Shown: positions 35,598 to 45,315 of the stretch, piece by piece
Layout of the letters: each line of letters starts with the position of its first letter
How positions within the stretch are numbered: position 1 is the first letter of the stretch
Assembly (NCBI GenBank): GCA_045117135.1
Contig: JBGUNA010000086.1
Span: 2,638 to 66,637 of the forward strand
From: Candidatus Limivicinus sp.
GTDB lineage: Bacteria; Bacillota; Clostridia; Oscillospirales; Oscillospiraceae
DNA: 64,000 nt
Direction: 5' to 3'
Program-made: the position numbers and the translations under genes
The notes under the pieces: generated by a model
What the model was told of the DNA's origin: nothing
Database searches by the model: none
The model's input: the letters and a program-made list of their open reading frames with translations, nothing else

Positions 35598-38500
35598 ATG
35601 GTTTGGAGGACTATGAAAGAATTCAGCTACGAGAAAATTGTAAAAGATCCGTCTGTTTTTGAGGATAACCGCCTTCCGGCACATTCGGATCATATTGCTT
35701 ACCGTACAAGAGAGGAACTTATCGCAGGGGAGACGAGCCTGCGTATGAGCCTCAACGGGATCTGGCGGTTTCATTATGCCAGAAATATCCATGCAGCACC
35801 GGAAAGATTCTGGGAAGAAAACTTCGATGCATCCGGCTGGGACATGATCCGTGTGCCCGCTCATATCCAGATGGAGGGGTATGATGTTCCTGCCTATGTG
35901 AATACGCAGTATCCGTGGGATGGGACAGACGATTTACAGCCGGGAGGAATCCCGGAAGTCTTCAATCCGGTTGCAGACTATCTGCTAGACTTTACCCTGC
36001 CGGAGCGGTTTGAAAGGGAAGACATTAATATTTCCTTTGAGGGTGTGGAAAGCGGCTTTGCCCTTTGGATAAATGGAAGATATGTCGGCTACAGTGAAGA
36101 CAGTTTTGACCCGGCAGACTTTTGTCTCACAGATGTCCTTCACAAAGGAAAAAACCGGATAGCAGTGCGCGTCTTCAAGTGGACACCGGGAAGCTGGTTC
36201 GAAGATCAGGACTTTTACCGGTTTTCGGGAATCTTTCGCGATGTCTTCCTGTACTGTCTGCCGCATACGGCGATTACAGATCTGTCTGTTGTGCCGGAAC
36301 TTGCAGATGACTATTCCTCCGGAACGGTACGCATTACTGCCAAAGGCAAAGGGAGCGGGTCTATGCATGTTCAGCTGATGAAGGATGGACAGCTGCTGGC
36401 TGAGGGCAATGCATCGGTGGGAGAAGACGGTCCATCCGCAGCGATTTTTACAGTTGATGCACCTGCGCTCTGGAGTGCGGAAATCCCGGAACTCTATCAG
36501 CTTCTGGTTGAGGTAAAGGATGAGAACGATGAAATCACTGAGGTAATGGAGCAGCAGGTCGGTTTCCGCCGGTTTGAGCTGCGTGACGGGTTGATGATGC
36601 TCAATGGTAAGCGCATTGTTTTCAAGGGTGTCGATCGGCACGATTTCAGCTCGGTGACAGGCAGAGTGCCGAACCGGGAGGAATTGGTTCAGGATCTGGT
36701 GACAATGAAGCAGAACAACATCAATGCCATCCGAACCTCCCATTATCCCAATCAGTCAGCGCTTTATGAGCTTTGCGACCGGTATGGGCTGTATGTAATC
36801 GATGAGAACAATATGGAAACCCACGGCATGTGGGACGCCATGCTGAGAGGCCAGGGGGAACCGATCCCGAAAGATCGGGAAGAGTATCTCCCAATGCTGC
36901 TCGACAGAGTAAACTCTATCTATCAACGGGATAAAAACCACCCATGTATTCTGATCTGGTCCTGCGGGAATGAGTCATACGGCGGAAAAGTCATTTTTGA
37001 AATGAGCCAGCTTTTCCGAGAGCTTGATAATACCCGGCTCGTGCACTATGAAGGCATTCGTGCTGACAGAAGCTATCCTGAGACGAGTGATATGGAAAGC
37101 CAGATGTACACGCCGGTAACGGAAATTGAGGCGTTTCTAAAAGACCATCCGGAAAAACCCTTTATTCTGTGTGAATATACCCATGCCATGGGAAATTCCT
37201 GCGGGGCGATGCACAAATACACTGAATTGTCTGACCGTGAACCACGTTATCAGGGTGGGTTTATCTGGGATTATGTCGACCAATCCATCTACAAAAAGGA
37301 TCGCTACGGGAAATGGTTTCAGGCTTACGGCGGTGACCACGGGGAACGCCCGACTGACTATAATTTTAGTGGAAACGGAATCGTTTACGGCGGTGATCGA
37401 ACCCCGTCTCCGAAAATGCAGGAAGTGCGGTTCAATTATCAGAATATTTCCGTTGAATTCACCGAGACACGATTCACGGTTAAAAATAAAAATCTCTTTC
37501 TGAATACCGATGTATACCATGCTGCAGCAGTTCTGCAGAAAGACGGAGAAGAGTGGAAATGGGAAGACCTGGAGATTTCCGTGCCTCCGCTCTCAGAAAA
37601 GAGTTTCCCGCTTCCGGATTCTTTCCTCAACGGGATGGAGACTTTGGAAAAGGCTGCCGCATCTCTTGGGAAGCCTCTGCCGGAGTTTGCTGTAACGATT
37701 TCCTTTACACTGAAGAAAGACACACTCTGGGCAAAAGCAGGGCACGAAGTTGCCTTCGGCCAGAAGATTTATAAACGCGCCTTTGTTCCATACAACTGTG
37801 AAGAGGATCTGACGGTTGTACGCGGAAACTGGAATCTCGGTGTGCGTGGAAAGAACTTTTCTGCCTTGTTTTCTGCACTGCGTCCCGGTCTGACTTCTTA
37901 TGTATATAGTGGGAGAGAACTGATTGAAGCAGTGCCCATGCCAAACTTCTGGCGTGCTCCGATTGACAATGATCGCGGGAATCAGATGCAGCACCGCTAT
38001 GCACAGTGGAAAATCGCAAGCATGTATCAGACGGTGAACGGAGGCGAGAAACCGTTCATCTATCCGGATGTGGAGGAGAAAGAACACAGTATTTCTGTTT
38101 CTTACCGGTATTATATGCCGACAGTTCCCAAAAGCAGTTGCATGCTTTCCTATGAAGTGTTCGGAGACGGGACGATTAAAACCACGCTTTCCTATGAAGC
38201 AGTACCTGGCTTGGCAGATATGCCTGAATTCGGTGTCCTCTTTAAACTTAATGCTGATTTTGACCGCGTGAAGTGGTATGGCCTCGGGCCGGAAGAGACA
38301 TATGCCGACCGGCAAAAAGGTGCCAGACTGGGAATTTATGAAAAATCAGTTCAGGAGAATCTGGCAAAATATCTTGTGCCGCAGGAATGCGGGAATAAGT
38401 GCGGGGTACGATGGGCTGAGGTTACGGACCGTAAAGGCCGCGGCATGAAATTCTTCGGGGATGAGCTGTATGTGAGTGTCCTGCCCTATACACCGCATGA

Positions 38501-38678
38501 ACTGGAGAATGCGGAACACGCCTATGAACTGCCGGAGATTCACTATACGGTTGTGCGTGTTGCGCTGCAGCAAATGGGGATAGGCGGCGATGACAGCTGG
38601 GGTGCTAAAACACATCCGGAATATCTGCTGCCGGCCGAAAAAGATCTGACTTTCTCGTTCTGGTTCTGCGGAAAATAA
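35598..38678 (+). CDS. lacZ: Beta-galactosidase, glycoside hydrolase family 2 (LacZ type)
   Basis: 1026 aa. Acid/base region: IWSCGNESYGG. Nucleophile region: FILCEYTHAMGNS (compare E. coli ILCEYAHAMGNS). The C-terminal small-chain domain is present. The alternative start ATG 35613 (MKEFSY..) follows GGAGGA. Confidence 0.9.
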   Translation: MVWRTMKEFSYEKIVKDPSVFEDNRLPAHSDHIAYRTREELIAGETSLRMSLNGIWRFHYARNIHAAPERFWEENFDASGWDMIRVPAHIQMEGYDVPAYVNTQYPWDGTDDLQPGGIPEVFNPVADYLLDFTLPERFEREDINISFEGVESGFALWINGRYVGYSEDSFDPADFCLTDVLHKGKNRIAVRVFKWTPGSWFEDQDFYRFSGIFRDVFLYCLPHTAITDLSVVPELADDYSSGTVRITAKGKGSGSMHVQLMKDGQLLAEGNASVGEDGPSAAIFTVDAPALWSAEIPELYQLLVEVKDENDEITEVMEQQVGFRRFELRDGLMMLNGKRIVFKGVDRHDFSSVTGRVPNREELVQDLVTMKQNNINAIRTSHYPNQSALYELCDRYGLYVIDENNMETHGMWDAMLRGQGEPIPKDREEYLPMLLDRVNSIYQRDKNHPCILIWSCGNESYGGKVIFEMSQLFRELDNTRLVHYEGIRADRSYPETSDMESQMYTPVTEIEAFLKDHPEKPFILCEYTHAMGNSCGAMHKYTELSDREPRYQGGFIWDYVDQSIYKKDRYGKWFQAYGGDHGERPTDYNFSGNGIVYGGDRTPSPKMQEVRFNYQNISVEFTETRFTVKNKNLFLNTDVYHAAAVLQKDGEEWKWEDLEISVPPLSEKSFPLPDSFLNGMETLEKAAASLGKPLPEFAVTISFTLKKDTLWAKAGHEVAFGQKIYKRAFVPYNCEEDLTVVRGNWNLGVRGKNFSALFSALRPGLTSYVYSGRELIEAVPMPNFWRAPIDNDRGNQMQHRYAQWKIASMYQTVNGGEKPFIYPDVEEKEHSISVSYRYYMPTVPKSSCMLSYEVFGDGTIKTTLSYEAVPGLADMPEFGVLFKLNADFDRVKWYGLGPEETYADRQKGARLGIYEKSVQENLAKYLVPQECGNKCGVRWAEVTDRKGRGMKFFGDELYVSVLPYTPHELENAEHAYELPEIHYTVVRVALQQMGIGGDDSWGAKTHPEYLLPAEKDLTFSFWFCGK

Positions 38679-38709
38679 CATAATTAAGTTAACATATAAT
38701 AATACACAT

Positions 38710-38760
38710 AAAAAAGAAAGGTAAGATCCTTGGGTATGGATTTTACCTTTCTTTTTTTTC
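38710..38760. terminator. Bidirectional intrinsic terminator between convergent lacZ and yigZ
   Basis: 10-bp stem AGAAAGGTAA (38715-38724) / TTACCTTTCT (38743-38752), flanked by an A-run upstream and a T-run downstream. The stem overlaps the yigZ stop codon. Confidence 0.7.
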
Positions 38761-39345
38761 AGGAGATACGGTGCCGGAAGTCATATCGAAAATACGGGCA
38801 CTGTAAGCTTCTGCTTTTTCCGCGAGAATGCTGACGAGCATTGTAACATCGGCTTCGTAAGAGGTGTTGTCCACGGAACCACCGAAAGAAAGTGTTTCCA
38901 GGAGGATTCTTTCAGCGAGGGAATACGGACAGTGGAGGAGAAACTGTACTTTAGGGAGAATTTCTGTTGTACCGGCATTTTCAAGAGCTTCCTTTGCAGC
39001 TTTTGTGTAAGCACGAAGCAGACCTCCGGCCCCGAGCAGCACACCGCCGAAGTATCTTGTGACAACACAAACGGCATTGGTAACGCCTTCCTTCCGAAAG
39101 ACTTCGAGCATCGGAATTCCGGCTGTACCCTGCGGTTCACCGTCATCGGAATATCGCTCCGGTCCGTCCTTAATCAGATAACACCAGCAATTATGGCGGG
39201 CATCACGATGAAGCTTTTTGACGCCTGCTATGAATGCACGGGCCTGATCTTCATCGGAAACGGGCTCAACGAAACCGAGAAAACTGGAACGCTTTTCTAT
39301 GTATTCGCTTTCTCCGCGGCCTGCGGGAATCAGATATCCGCTCAT
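38743..39345 (-). CDS. yigZ: IMPACT-family protein YigZ (UPF0029)
   Basis: 200 aa. EYIEKRSSFLGFVEPVSDEDQARAFIAGVKKLHRDARHNCWCYLI..GEPQGTAGIPML..VCVVTRYFGGVLLGAGGL. Confidence 0.8.
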   Translation of the reverse strand: MSGYLIPAGRGESEYIEKRSSFLGFVEPVSDEDQARAFIAGVKKLHRDARHNCWCYLIKDGPERYSDDGEPQGTAGIPMLEVFRKEGVTNAVCVVTRYFGGVLLGAGGLLRAYTKAAKEALENAGTTEILPKVQFLLHCPYSLAERILLETLSFGGSVDNTSYEADVTMLVSILAEKAEAYSARIFDMTSGTVSPEKKER

Positions 39346-40640
39346 GATTCCCAGTCCTCCCGAGGCTCTGTCCAGCCGGGGATGAACTGTTTTATCCGGC
39401 CGAAGATGTCAGGCGTGACGACGGCATCGACTTCTATGGAAGCATCGGTATATTCCAGGTTTTCCAATATCGCTTCACGATTAAGAAGATCCGTAATACC
39501 GGCGTTGGAATAGGGAATCGAGAGATGAACATGGCGTTTGCCGCGGTCAAGCAATGCAGCAAGCTTTTCCACTAGATCGGCAGTGCCCTCTCCCGTTTTT
39601 GCGGAGATACAGACGATATCTTCTCCGTGAGGAAGGATACCCATGTAGAGATCGCATTTATTGAAAACTTTGATGCAAGGCGTCTGCTCCGCACCGAGCT
39701 GACGGATCAGGCTTTCGACAACTCGTACCTGTTCTTCCCATTCCGGGTTAGAGAGATCGATGACATGAAGAAGCACATCGGCAAAAGAAAGCTCTTCCAG
39801 GGTCGCTTTGAAAGCTTCTATCAGATGGGTAGGCAGTTTGCGAATGAACCCTACGGTGTCACTGATGAGGATCTCCTGTGTTTCATCGATGCGGAATCGG
39901 CGTGTGGTTGTGTCCAGCGTGTCGAACAGACGGTCATTGGCGGGGATGTCTGAATCGGTGAGGCAATTGAGCAGGGAGCTCTTTCCGGCATTCGTGTAGC
40001 CGACCAGTGCGACGACCGGCATGGCGTTTTTCTCCCTCCGCCGGCGCTGCGTTTCACGGTTTTTCCTTACTTCGGCAAGCTCTTCCTCCAGCTTCTGAAT
40101 CTTGCGGCGAATATGCCGGCGGTCAGTTTCCAGCTGTGTTTCACCAGGACCGCGTGTACCGATTGGGGAAGAGCCGCCGGAAGCCGTCTGGCGGACAAGG
40201 TGCGTCCACATACCGGTGAGGCGTGGAAGCAGATATTTATACTGAGCCAGCTCAACCTGAAGCTGACCTTCCCGTGTCTGTGCGCGCTGGGCAAAAATAT
40301 CAAGGATGAGGCCGGAACGGTCAAGAACCTTGACGCCGAGTTCCTCGCCGAGTACACGCATCTGGGAAGGGGTGAGCTCGTTGTCAAACACTGCAAGGTC
40401 GCAGTCATTGGCCTCAATGAGGTCTTTCATCTCACGCACTTTCCCCTCGCCGATGAAGCTGTGGGTGTTCGGAGAAGGAAGATTCTGCATAATCACAGCA
40501 ACCGGTTCGCCGCCTGCAGTCTCCACAAGAGAGGCAAGTTCCTCCATGCTGACGTCGGAAGAGCGTTCACGCACTTCCATGCTGAGTGCGCTCAGACCGG
40601 CAAGAACAGCGCGTTCCTTTCTGACGGCAGTTTCGTTCAT
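39342..40640 (-). CDS. hflX: GTPase HflX
   Basis: 432 aa. The HflX N-domain (FDNELTPSQMRVLGEELGVKVLDRSGLILDIFAQRAQTREGQLQVELAQ) is followed by G1 GYTNAGKSSLLN, G3 DTVGF and G4 NKCD. Confidence 0.92.
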   Translation of the reverse strand: MNETAVRKERAVLAGLSALSMEVRERSSDVSMEELASLVETAGGEPVAVIMQNLPSPNTHSFIGEGKVREMKDLIEANDCDLAVFDNELTPSQMRVLGEELGVKVLDRSGLILDIFAQRAQTREGQLQVELAQYKYLLPRLTGMWTHLVRQTASGGSSPIGTRGPGETQLETDRRHIRRKIQKLEEELAEVRKNRETQRRRREKNAMPVVALVGYTNAGKSSLLNCLTDSDIPANDRLFDTLDTTTRRFRIDETQEILISDTVGFIRKLPTHLIEAFKATLEELSFADVLLHVIDLSNPEWEEQVRVVESLIRQLGAEQTPCIKVFNKCDLYMGILPHGEDIVCISAKTGEGTADLVEKLAALLDRGKRHVHLSIPYSNAGITDLLNREAILENLEYTDASIEVDAVVTPDIFGRIKQFIPGWTEPREDWES

Positions 40641-41551
40641 ATGGCGTCAAGAAAGCTGCAGGCAGCAAGTGCAGCGACAGAACCGTCTGCTGCTGCGGTA
40701 GTTACCTGGCGGATGGACTTGGCACGGCAGTCGCCTGCGACAAAAAGACCGGGTGTAGGCGTGAGGCAATCTTCTCCGGAATAGGCATAGCCGGCTTCAT
40801 TCAGGGAGAGGAACGGGGCGAAAGCAGCAAGATCCGGCACATGGCCGATTGCAACGAAAAGACCGTCAAGGGACAGAACTTCTTCCTTTCCGGCCCGGTT
40901 AAGCAGAACGGAAGAGAGCTCACCTTCACCCTGGATGGATTGGATGGTTGTTTCAAGCATCATGGTAACGTTGGAGCGTGCTTTCAGAGCATCTACCAGA
41001 GCGGCCTCCCCACGAAAAGCATTGCGGCGATGAATCAGATAGACCCTGCTGCAGGTTTCGGAGAGTAAAAGAGCGTCCTGCAGAGCACTGTTACCGCCTC
41101 CGTAAACAGCAACAGTTTTGCCGTTGTAAAAAGCACCATCACACACGGCACAGAAGCTGATGCCGTTGCCGATGAAATCCTCTTCGCCGGGAAGACCGAG
41201 CATTCGTGGTTTGGCTCCGGTTGCAAGAATAACCGTACGGGAAGAATAGATTGTACCGGAATCCGTGCTGATGCAAAAACCACCGGGTGTTTTCTCAAGA
41301 GAAGTGACCTCTTCCAGCTCCACTTCAGCACCCTGATTCATAGCCTGTTCCAAAAAACGGTCACCGAGCTCTGTCCCGGTAATGGAGAGTTCTCCCGGGA
41401 AGTTTTCTACTTTCGGGCTCCATGTAATTTGTCCTCCGAAAGCTGCTTTTTCAAGCACCAGGACGGACTTTCCTGCACGGCGGGCATAGGTTGCAGCAGT
41501 CAGCCCTGCTGGGCCGCCGCCAATTATGATGATGTCATATTGTGTTGGCAT
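40637..41551 (-). CDS. trxB: Thioredoxin-disulfide reductase
   Basis: 304 aa. FAD site: IIIIGGGPAGLTAA. Redox CxxC: ISFCAVCDGAFY. NADPH site: VYGGGNSALQDA. Confidence 0.9.
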   Translation of the reverse strand: MPTQYDIIIIGGGPAGLTAATYARRAGKSVLVLEKAAFGGQITWSPKVENFPGELSITGTELGDRFLEQAMNQGAEVELEEVTSLEKTPGGFCISTDSGTIYSSRTVILATGAKPRMLGLPGEEDFIGNGISFCAVCDGAFYNGKTVAVYGGGNSALQDALLLSETCSRVYLIHRRNAFRGEAALVDALKARSNVTMMLETTIQSIQGEGELSSVLLNRAGKEEVLSLDGLFVAIGHVPDLAAFAPFLSLNEAGYAYSGEDCLTPTPGLFVAGDCRAKSIRQVTTAAADGSVAALAACSFLDAI

Positions 41552-41590
41552 TTTTGTACTCCCGGTTGATCAGAATAGTTGGTTTCATTT

Positions 41591-42544
41591 TCAGTCGTCG
41601 AAGTTCGTCGGCGTAAAGGGCGGACGAGGTTTGCTGTTTTTTTCCGGCCTCTGAGAACCTTTGCGGGAAGGCGAATCCTGCTTTTCAATTTCTTCGATGG
41701 TATGCAGCCCGGATTCGCTCCACTTCGCGAGGATCTTATTCATATAGGGAAGCGCACGTTTGCCGGTATTCTTCACGGTGCGCTCGTAGGCTAGGCGGAT
41801 AACGTCAACGCTGAATCCCATTTCCAGCCAGGAAGTGAAATATGACTCTTCTGAGGGAATCAGCTTACGGTCATAGATCTCAAGAGCGGTTTTGACATTG
41901 TTGAGACTGGAGTGAAGCTGTTTTTGTTCCTCCACATAAGCCTCTGCTTCTTCAGGGGAATAAAGCCCCTTGTTCGCCCAGAGAAAAGCTTCCCGTTCGA
42001 TGGCACGGATGGTCGGCTTCCGGGCGGCACCTTCAGGCCCGCGATACCGATCTGCACAGTAGTGGAGAAGCACATAGATTACTTCAGCCGAAAGGCCGAG
42101 ATGATTGTAGATGCCAAGCATGCGGCTCATATCATGGCGTGTGAGCTGTTTGCCGAGGATCTGCCGTGTGGCGTCAAGCACAGCTTTAAATCCGTTGTCA
42201 CTGTTTGCACATGCTTCAATTTCCGTTGAAGTATACTCGGGTAGCTCATCTGCAGGAAGCGGAATCTCTTCCGGAGCAGGAGCGGGCTGGACAGAAGACA
42301 GCTGAACAGAAGGTAACTGCTCAGGAGATTCAGCCTGGGTGTATGGCAGGAACAGCTTCATTCTGCCGAGCTTTTCCGCCGCGTCCCGAACCTGGGAAAG
42401 TGTCATGAACAGGTCACCGGCAGCTTTCTCCAGGTCATTGCTTCCGGAGAAGACCGACCAGAGATACAGAAGCGCACAGTCTCCGTCATGAGCATGAAGA
42501 ATCTGCTCTATATCTTCAGTTTTGATCAGGAATTCATTTTTCAT
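41591..42544 (-). CDS. DnaD-domain (DnaB_2) replication initiation/helicase-loading related protein
   Basis: 317 aa with two DnaD-like C-terminal repeats (..RHDMSRMLGIYNHLGLSAEVIYVLLHYC.., ..SWLEMGFSVDVIRLAYERTVKNTGKRALPYMNKILAKWSESGLHTIEEIE). Confidence 0.7.
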   Translation of the reverse strand: MKNEFLIKTEDIEQILHAHDGDCALLYLWSVFSGSNDLEKAAGDLFMTLSQVRDAAEKLGRMKLFLPYTQAESPEQLPSVQLSSVQPAPAPEEIPLPADELPEYTSTEIEACANSDNGFKAVLDATRQILGKQLTRHDMSRMLGIYNHLGLSAEVIYVLLHYCADRYRGPEGAARKPTIRAIEREAFLWANKGLYSPEEAEAYVEEQKQLHSSLNNVKTALEIYDRKLIPSEESYFTSWLEMGFSVDVIRLAYERTVKNTGKRALPYMNKILAKWSESGLHTIEEIEKQDSPSRKGSQRPEKNSKPRPPFTPTNFDD

Positions 42545-43734
42545 GGCTGATCCTTTTCTACACCGAGGAAAGCTATTACGGCTGAGACAAAGCAGATGCC
42601 GAAAGAAATCCAGAGTGTGTTGGTGACGGTGGTGTGGTCAAACAAAAAGCCTCCAACCAGGCTGGCAAGAACGCTGCCGATACTTGTCATGGTATAGGCA
42701 AGGCTTTGGGCTTTTGCAGAATCCTCGTAAGGAACGGACTCATACACGTAGGGGACGATTGCCGAGGTATAAAGCGCGAAAGAAGGTGCCTGCAGAAGGA
42801 AAGCTGCCATCAAAGTCGGGATACTCCCCGCCAAGGTAATGGCTATGGCTTTGAGAATAAAAAAGAGGAAAGCGACACGCATCAGCCGTCCGGGCCTGAA
42901 ACGCCCGAAAAGGGACTGATAGAATAACATTACCGGGATTTCCATTGCTGCCATAAAGGCGTTGATCAGCCCCATTGTCCCGGTATCACCGCCGACATTG
43001 TTTGTGATGTTGATCAGAAACGTTGCAATAATGTTATGCGAGGAGAAAAGAAGGGCAACACCGAGAAGCAGCAGAGAAAACCTCCGGTTTCCGCGGAAAA
43101 AGCCAAGGATGGAAGAGGCTTTGCGGGAAACATCCGTTGAAGGGGCTGAGGCCGGGAGCTTCTGCCTAATCAGGAAGAAAGCGGCAAACTGGGTCACGCA
43201 CATGAGGAGACCGGAAACCGGTACCAGACGAACGGAGATTCGCTCAATAAGAATGCCGAGAAACATGGAGAGCAGTACGTACGCTGCAGAACCGATGCCG
43301 CGGGCAAAACCGTAATTGATGGAAAGGCCGTGATAAACGGCATCGGAATAAAGCTTCAGGTTCAGGGAATTTGCTGTCAGAGTAAAGGCAATATATAACG
43401 TATAGGCAACGGAAGTGATTCCGCTTTTCAGGGGGTGAACAATCAGAATCAGAAGAAATACCGCCTGAAGGCTAAGCACAGGAGGGATCAGAAGAGAGGC
43501 TGAAATCTTCTCGGAACGGTCAACCAAAGCTGAAAGCTCAGGTCCAAACAGCGCACCGAGCAAATTACCCAGCGCCAGAATGAGACCCAGCTCAGTATTT
43601 GTATAGGAGAGGCCAAGTAAATAGACAGAGGCAAAGCTGACAGCTGTGCAGAAACTCATCCAGAAGGAAGCCTGGATAAAAGCGTAGGGAAGTGTCAGAT
43701 TACCGGATTTGTCAGAAGTAGGATTTTTTATCAT
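42541..43734 (-). CDS. MFS transporter
   Basis: 397 aa with about 12 hydrophobic helices. It overlaps the downstream gene start by 4 nt. Confidence 0.8.
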   Translation of the reverse strand: MIKNPTSDKSGNLTLPYAFIQASFWMSFCTAVSFASVYLLGLSYTNTELGLILALGNLLGALFGPELSALVDRSEKISASLLIPPVLSLQAVFLLILIVHPLKSGITSVAYTLYIAFTLTANSLNLKLYSDAVYHGLSINYGFARGIGSAAYVLLSMFLGILIERISVRLVPVSGLLMCVTQFAAFFLIRQKLPASAPSTDVSRKASSILGFFRGNRRFSLLLLGVALLFSSHNIIATFLINITNNVGGDTGTMGLINAFMAAMEIPVMLFYQSLFGRFRPGRLMRVAFLFFILKAIAITLAGSIPTLMAAFLLQAPSFALYTSAIVPYVYESVPYEDSAKAQSLAYTMTSIGSVLASLVGGFLFDHTTVTNTLWISFGICFVSAVIAFLGVEKDQP

Positions 43735-43891
43735 AGCTATGTGAGTATAGCTTAAAGAGGGAAAACTTTCAACTAAAAAATACAGGAGAGGACCCTTTTC
43801 CCGGGCTCTTCCAGTGAATGAAAAGCTTTACAAGAAAGACCGGATTCATTATAATGATCTCATTTCTGATTGTGAGATTGTGATATTAGCT

Positions 43892-45244
43892 ATGGCTGCA
43901 ATTGATAACAAAGCTTTTTATCGTAGATTGTATACACTGGCAATGCCGATTGTCATCCAGAGTCTGATGCTGGCGCTGGTTGCGGCCGGAGATGCTCTGA
44001 TGCTGGGCCAGGTGGCCCAGGAGGAGATGACGGCAGTCTCCCTTGCAACGCAGATTCAGTTTGTACAGAATATGTTTCTCGGTGCCATTACGATGGCCGG
44101 AGGCATCCTGGGAGCACAGTACTTCGGAAAAGGCGACCGGTGTACCATTGAAGAACTTTTCAACCTGATGCTGCGGTACTGCGGATTGCTTTCTGTTTTG
44201 TTTTTCGCGGGATGCGAATTCTTCCCTGAACAGCTGATGCATATCTTTACGCACGACCATGTCTTGCTGGAAATCGGGCGGAATTATCTGCGAATCGCCG
44301 GATGGAGCTATCTCCTGACGGGAGTATCTCAGTGCTACCTGACCGTGATGAAGGTTACCGACCACGTGCGTGTGAGTGCATGGATCAGCTCTTCGGCTGT
44401 GGTGATCAATATTGTTTTCAACGCGATTTTTATTTTTGGCCTTTTCGGTCTCCCGCGGATGAATGCACGCGGAGCTGCACTGGCAACGCTGGTGGCTCGG
44501 GTTATCGAGCTCGGGCTGTGCATCTTCTTCTCCTTTAAGGAAGGATTTCTGCGCCCGGTTTGGAACCGGTTGCTGAAAGGCGAAAGGTGGCTGACCAAAG
44601 ATTTCCTGAAGCAGTGCCTGCCTCTGATGGGCGGGTCGCTTTTCTGGGGCGTGGGATTCACTTCCTATACGGCGATTCTCGGGCATATGGGAGTTGATGC
44701 AGCTGCAGCCAATTCCGTTGCAGCGGTGATCCGCGATCTGATCTGCTGCGCCTGCAACGGTGTAGGCAGTGCGGCAGGAATTATCGTCGGCAATGAACTC
44801 GGCGCCGGAAATCTGGAAAAAGGGAAGGCGTACGGAGTCAAGCTGAAAAACATCTCCTGGGTGATCGGCTTTGCTTCCATGGCTCTGGTTTTTGCGCTGA
44901 CGCCCTTTGTAGTGCGAATGGTGATCCTGACGGAGCAGGCCCATGATTATCTGACGGGAATGATGCTGATTATGGGCGTCTATATGATCGGGAGATGTGT
45001 CAACACGGTAACCATCAACGGAGTGTTGGACGGCGGGGGCGATACGTTGTTTGATATGTACAGCCTCGCAGTCTGCATGTGGGGAATTGCTATCCCGCTG
45101 GCTCTGCTCGGTGCGTTTGTTTTCCATTGGCATGTGCTGGCTGTATATGCCTGTACCTGCCTGGATGAGGTAGGGAAAATCCCCTGGGTAATGATGCACT
45201 TCCGAAAGTACAAATGGGTGCAGGACCTGACGAGACAGACATAA
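43892..45244 (+). CDS. MATE-family efflux transporter
   Basis: I placed the start at 43892 (MAAIDNKAFYRRLYTLAMPIVIQSL.., a typical MATE N-terminus); the track ORF starts at 43814. It has about 12 TM helices and repeated ..GxGxxxAxxxLVAR.. boxes. Confidence 0.85.
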   Translation: MAAIDNKAFYRRLYTLAMPIVIQSLMLALVAAGDALMLGQVAQEEMTAVSLATQIQFVQNMFLGAITMAGGILGAQYFGKGDRCTIEELFNLMLRYCGLLSVLFFAGCEFFPEQLMHIFTHDHVLLEIGRNYLRIAGWSYLLTGVSQCYLTVMKVTDHVRVSAWISSSAVVINIVFNAIFIFGLFGLPRMNARGAALATLVARVIELGLCIFFSFKEGFLRPVWNRLLKGERWLTKDFLKQCLPLMGGSLFWGVGFTSYTAILGHMGVDAAAANSVAAVIRDLICCACNGVGSAAGIIVGNELGAGNLEKGKAYGVKLKNISWVIGFASMALVFALTPFVVRMVILTEQAHDYLTGMMLIMGVYMIGRCVNTVTINGVLDGGGDTLFDMYSLAVCMWGIAIPLALLGAFVFHWHVLAVYACTCLDEVGKIPWVMMHFRKYKWVQDLTRQT

Positions 45245-45251
45245 GGATGTC

Positions 45252-45280
45252 TTGACAAACCCGGAAAGAAAAACTATAGT
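45252..45280 (+). promoter_or_regulatory. Candidate sigma-A promoter for the esterase/GH78-like pair
   Basis: TTGACA (45252-45257), a 17-nt spacer, then TATAGT (45275-45280). It lies ~35 nt upstream of the ATG at 45316 (RBS AGGAGAA). Confidence 0.5.
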
Positions 45281-45315
45281 TGTTGAGCAAAACGCGTTCA
45301 GACAGGAGAAAGAAG

